DNA of 63,965 nucleotides, counting the filler, from Vicugna vicugna (lineage: Eukaryota): the NCBI GenBank assembly GCA_013265495.1. It is 74 parts of 74 records of this genome, joined end to end, with 100 filler letters (N's around TTAATTAATTAA, not from the genome) between each part and the next. Parts side by side here need not be neighbours in the genome. Positions count along the whole stretch, not along the records: positions 60,950 to 61,499 come from MU062727.1; positions 61,600 to 63,094 come from MU062731.1; positions 63,195 to 63,644 come from MU062734.1; positions 63,745 to 63,965 come from MU062749.1; 70 more parts are not named here. One strand, 5' to 3'. The notes under the pieces were generated by a model. It was not told where the DNA came from. It did not search any database and saw nothing but the letters and a program-made list of their open reading frames with translations. The position numbers and the translations under genes are program-made. Of this stretch, positions 60,950-63,965 are shown piece after piece. How positions within the stretch are numbered: the stretch's first letter is position 1; each line of letters starts with the position of its first letter.

Positions 60950-61499
60950 TGAAACTGGTGACAGGCAGAAGCTACGAAGTCAAAATAAATATTTTATTGT
61001 GCATAGGTAACTTGTTTGATGGTTGAAATATGAGTCATGCGCATGTTTACAACTCAGAAATTCAAGTTTGAGGAATCCGTGATGCATGAAACATGTTCGT
61101 AATACGGAATGCCATGGTTATGTAAACAATGTAAATTACATGTGTATTGGTGAGAATTCGCTCAAAGAGTGTTTTCTGGTGCCAGATGTCCNNNNNNNNN
61201 NNNNNNNNNNNNNNNNNNNNNNNNNNNNNNNNNNNNNNNNNNNNNNNNNNAAATGTATATACACATTGTTTGGTGGATGAAGGTCAGTAATTCACATGCT
61301 CACAAGTCACAAATTCATGATTGCCGAATCCGTCATACATGTAGCATGTACGGAACCCGGAATACCATGTTGATGGAATTCATGTTAATTACACACCTGT
61401 TAGATGGAAATCGCCCCAGAACTATTTTTCTGTAAAAAATGCACGAATTCGAAAATGGTGTTAGGGAAAGCTTCTGAAAATGTGTACACGTGTCTAGAA
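60950..61499 (+). repeat. Satellite D
   Basis: Near-identical to the reverse complement of 45330-45850. Confidence 0.93.
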
Positions 61500-61599
61500 N
61501 NNNNNNNNNNNNNNNNNNNNNNNNNNNNNNNNNNNNNNNNNNNTTAATTAATTAANNNNNNNNNNNNNNNNNNNNNNNNNNNNNNNNNNNNNNNNNNNN

Positions 61600-63094
61600 C
61601 CATGTTCTAAATTCTGGGATCTGTGTTGTATATTCTATATTCTGCATTCTGAATTCCATTTTATAAATTGTGGTATCTGTATCCTGTATTCTATATCCTA
61701 TATTCCGTGTTCAACATTCTGTATTCTACATATTATTTTCTGTATACCTTATTCTATATTCTGTGTTCTGCATTCCATGTTCTGAAATCTGTGTTCTGTA
61801 TTCTGCATTCTATATTCTATACCATATGTTCTACATTCCTTGTTCTAAATTCTANNNNNNNNNNNNNNNNNNNNNNNNNNNNNNNNNNNNNNNNNNNNNN
61901 NNNNNNNNNNNNNNNNNNNNNNNNNNNNNNNNNNNNNNNNNNNNNNNNNNNNNNNNNNNNNNNNNNNNNNNNNNNNNNNNNNNNNNNNNNNNNNNNNNNN
62001 NNNNNNNNNNNNNNNNNNNNNNNNNNNNNNNNNNNNNNNNNNNNNNNNNNNNNNNNNNNNNNNNNNNNNNNNNNNNNNNNNNNNNNNNNNNNNNNNNNNN
62101 NNNNNNNNNNNNNNNNNNNNNNNNNNNNNNNNNNNNNNNNNNNNNNNNNNNNNNNNNNNNNNNNNNNNNNNNNNNNNNNNNNNNNNNNNNNNNNNNNNNN
62201 NNNNNNNNNNNNNNNNNNNNNNNNNNNNNNNNNNNNNNNNNNNNNNNNNNNNNNNNNNNNNNNNNNNNNNNNNNNNNNNNNNNNNNNNNNNNNNNNNNNN
62301 NNNNNNNNNNNNNNNNNNNNNNNNNNNNNNNNNNNNNNNNNNNNNNNNNNNNNNNNNNNNNNNNNNNNNNNNNNNNNNNNNNNNNNNNNNNNNNNNNNNN
62401 NNNNNNNNNNNNNNNNNNNNNNNNNNNNNNNNNNNNNNNNNNNNNNNNNNNNNNNNNNNNNNNNNNNNNNNNNNNNNNNNNNNNNNNNNNNNNNNNNNNN
62501 NNNNNNNNNNNNNNNNNNNNNNNNNNNNNNNNNNNNNNNNNNNNNNNNNNNNNNNNNNNNNNNNNNNNNNNNNNNNNNNNNNNNNNNNNNNNNNNNNNNN
62601 NNNNNNNNNNNNNNNNNNNNNNNNNNNNNNNNNNNNNNNNNNNNNNNNNNNNNNNNNNNNNNNNNNNNNNNNNNNNNNNNNNNNNNNNNNNNNNNNNNNN
62701 NNNNNNNNNNNNNNNNNNNNNNNNNNNNNNNNNNNNNNNNNNNNNNNNNNNNNNNNNNNNNNNNNNNNNNNNNNNNNNNNNNNNNNNNNNNNTTCTGCAT
62801 TCCATTTTCTTAATTCTAGGTTCTGAATTCTGTATTCTATATTCTATTTTCTATGTTGTAAATTCTATATTCTACATTCTATTTCTGTATTCTATATTCT
62901 ATCTTCTGTCCTACTTTCCATGTTCTAAACTCTGAGTCCTGTATTCTATATTCTATATTGAATATTCTGTGTTCGACAATCTATATTCTACATTCTATAT
63001 TCTGTGCAATGTATTCTAAATTCTGTGTTCTGAAATCTATGTTCTAAAGTCTGGGTTCTGTATTCTGTATTCTGTGTTCTACATTCTATAATCT
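61600..63094 (+). repeat. Satellite E (gapped)
   Basis: Heptamer periodicity on both sides of the gap. Confidence 0.92.
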
Positions 63095-63965
63095 NNNNNN
63101 NNNNNNNNNNNNNNNNNNNNNNNNNNNNNNNNNNNNNNTTAATTAATTAANNNNNNNNNNNNNNNNNNNNNNNNNNNNNNNNNNNNNNNNNNNNGATGGC
63201 AGCATTTTGCCATTCAAGCTAAGGTCTATGTCCTGGCACACCTTCATGTCCTTCAATATTGCTGCTGAAATAGCAGCTGAAACCCCTCTAGAGGTTCTCT
63301 TGTGACTATGTTGCTTTCCTCCAGGCGCATTTTAAATCACTGGGATGCTCATGAACTTTGTTGACTTGGATCATACAGCTGCTGCTAAGTCTATTGGGAT
63401 TCCACCTCTTTTGGACGCTGTGTACNNNNNNNNNNNNNNNNNNNNNNNNNNNNNNNNNNNNNNNNNNNNNNNNNNNNNNNNNNNNNNTTTTCAAACATGT
63501 TTCTTTTTCTCTTGCTTTTCTATCTGGGACTCTTTCGAATTTTACTCTTTCATGCCTTGTATTCAACAAGGATTCAACAGCAATGTTTTCATTGATTTGT
63601 ACTTGCATTCCTATGTGTGCTTCTGACCGAGGGATTTCTGTTCCNNNNNNNNNNNNNNNNNNNNNNNNNNNNNNNNNNNNNNNNNNNNTTAATTAATTAA
63701 NNNNNNNNNNNNNNNNNNNNNNNNNNNNNNNNNNNNNNNNNNNNTCCCTGTGACCCTGCATCTTGGTCCCTGTGTGCTCTTATCCCTCTTCTGGGGGTTG
63801 GTTGCTGTTGCTTGTTTCTTTGTCCTGGTTACTCCAGATGGTGAGGAACAAAGAGGCTTTCCACATTTTCCTCATTTAGTATCAGTCATAGGTAGCTCAC
63901 ATGTCTCTGAGTCTTTGGAGCCAAGTTTCCTTGGTGATCCTGCTCAGCATTCCATGGTAAAAAAA

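Overview
This window is not contiguous genome. It is an artificial concatenation of about 74 short, gapped contigs (0.2-1.5 kb), each joined by a 100-bp linker (N44-TTAATTAATTAA-N44, stops in all six frames), so adjacency between contigs has no biological meaning. Most long ORFs in the track are N-run artefacts. The DNA is mammalian and most likely camelid, judging by a Vic-1-type tRNA-derived SINE. It is dominated by five satellite families: A (267-bp monomer), B (older ~262-265-bp relative of A with higher-order structure), C (249-bp monomer), D (~757-bp trimer of ~250-bp subunits) and E (AT-rich 7-mer). There are also many LINE-1 fragments, a few ERV/MaLR/MIR pieces and several low-copy duplicated segments. 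Gene-related content is two diverged HSFY copies (one clearly a pseudogene, suggesting ampliconic Y DNA), a diverged frameshifted KIF21A exon with intact splice sites, and a stop-free Pro/Glu/Ala (PEEPAA) coding-type VNTR missed by the ORF track. One non-repetitive contig weakly resembles bornavirus L polymerase (tentative endogenous viral element). I see no intact multi-gene system. Family assignments come from recognition by eye and recalled sequences, not database searches.
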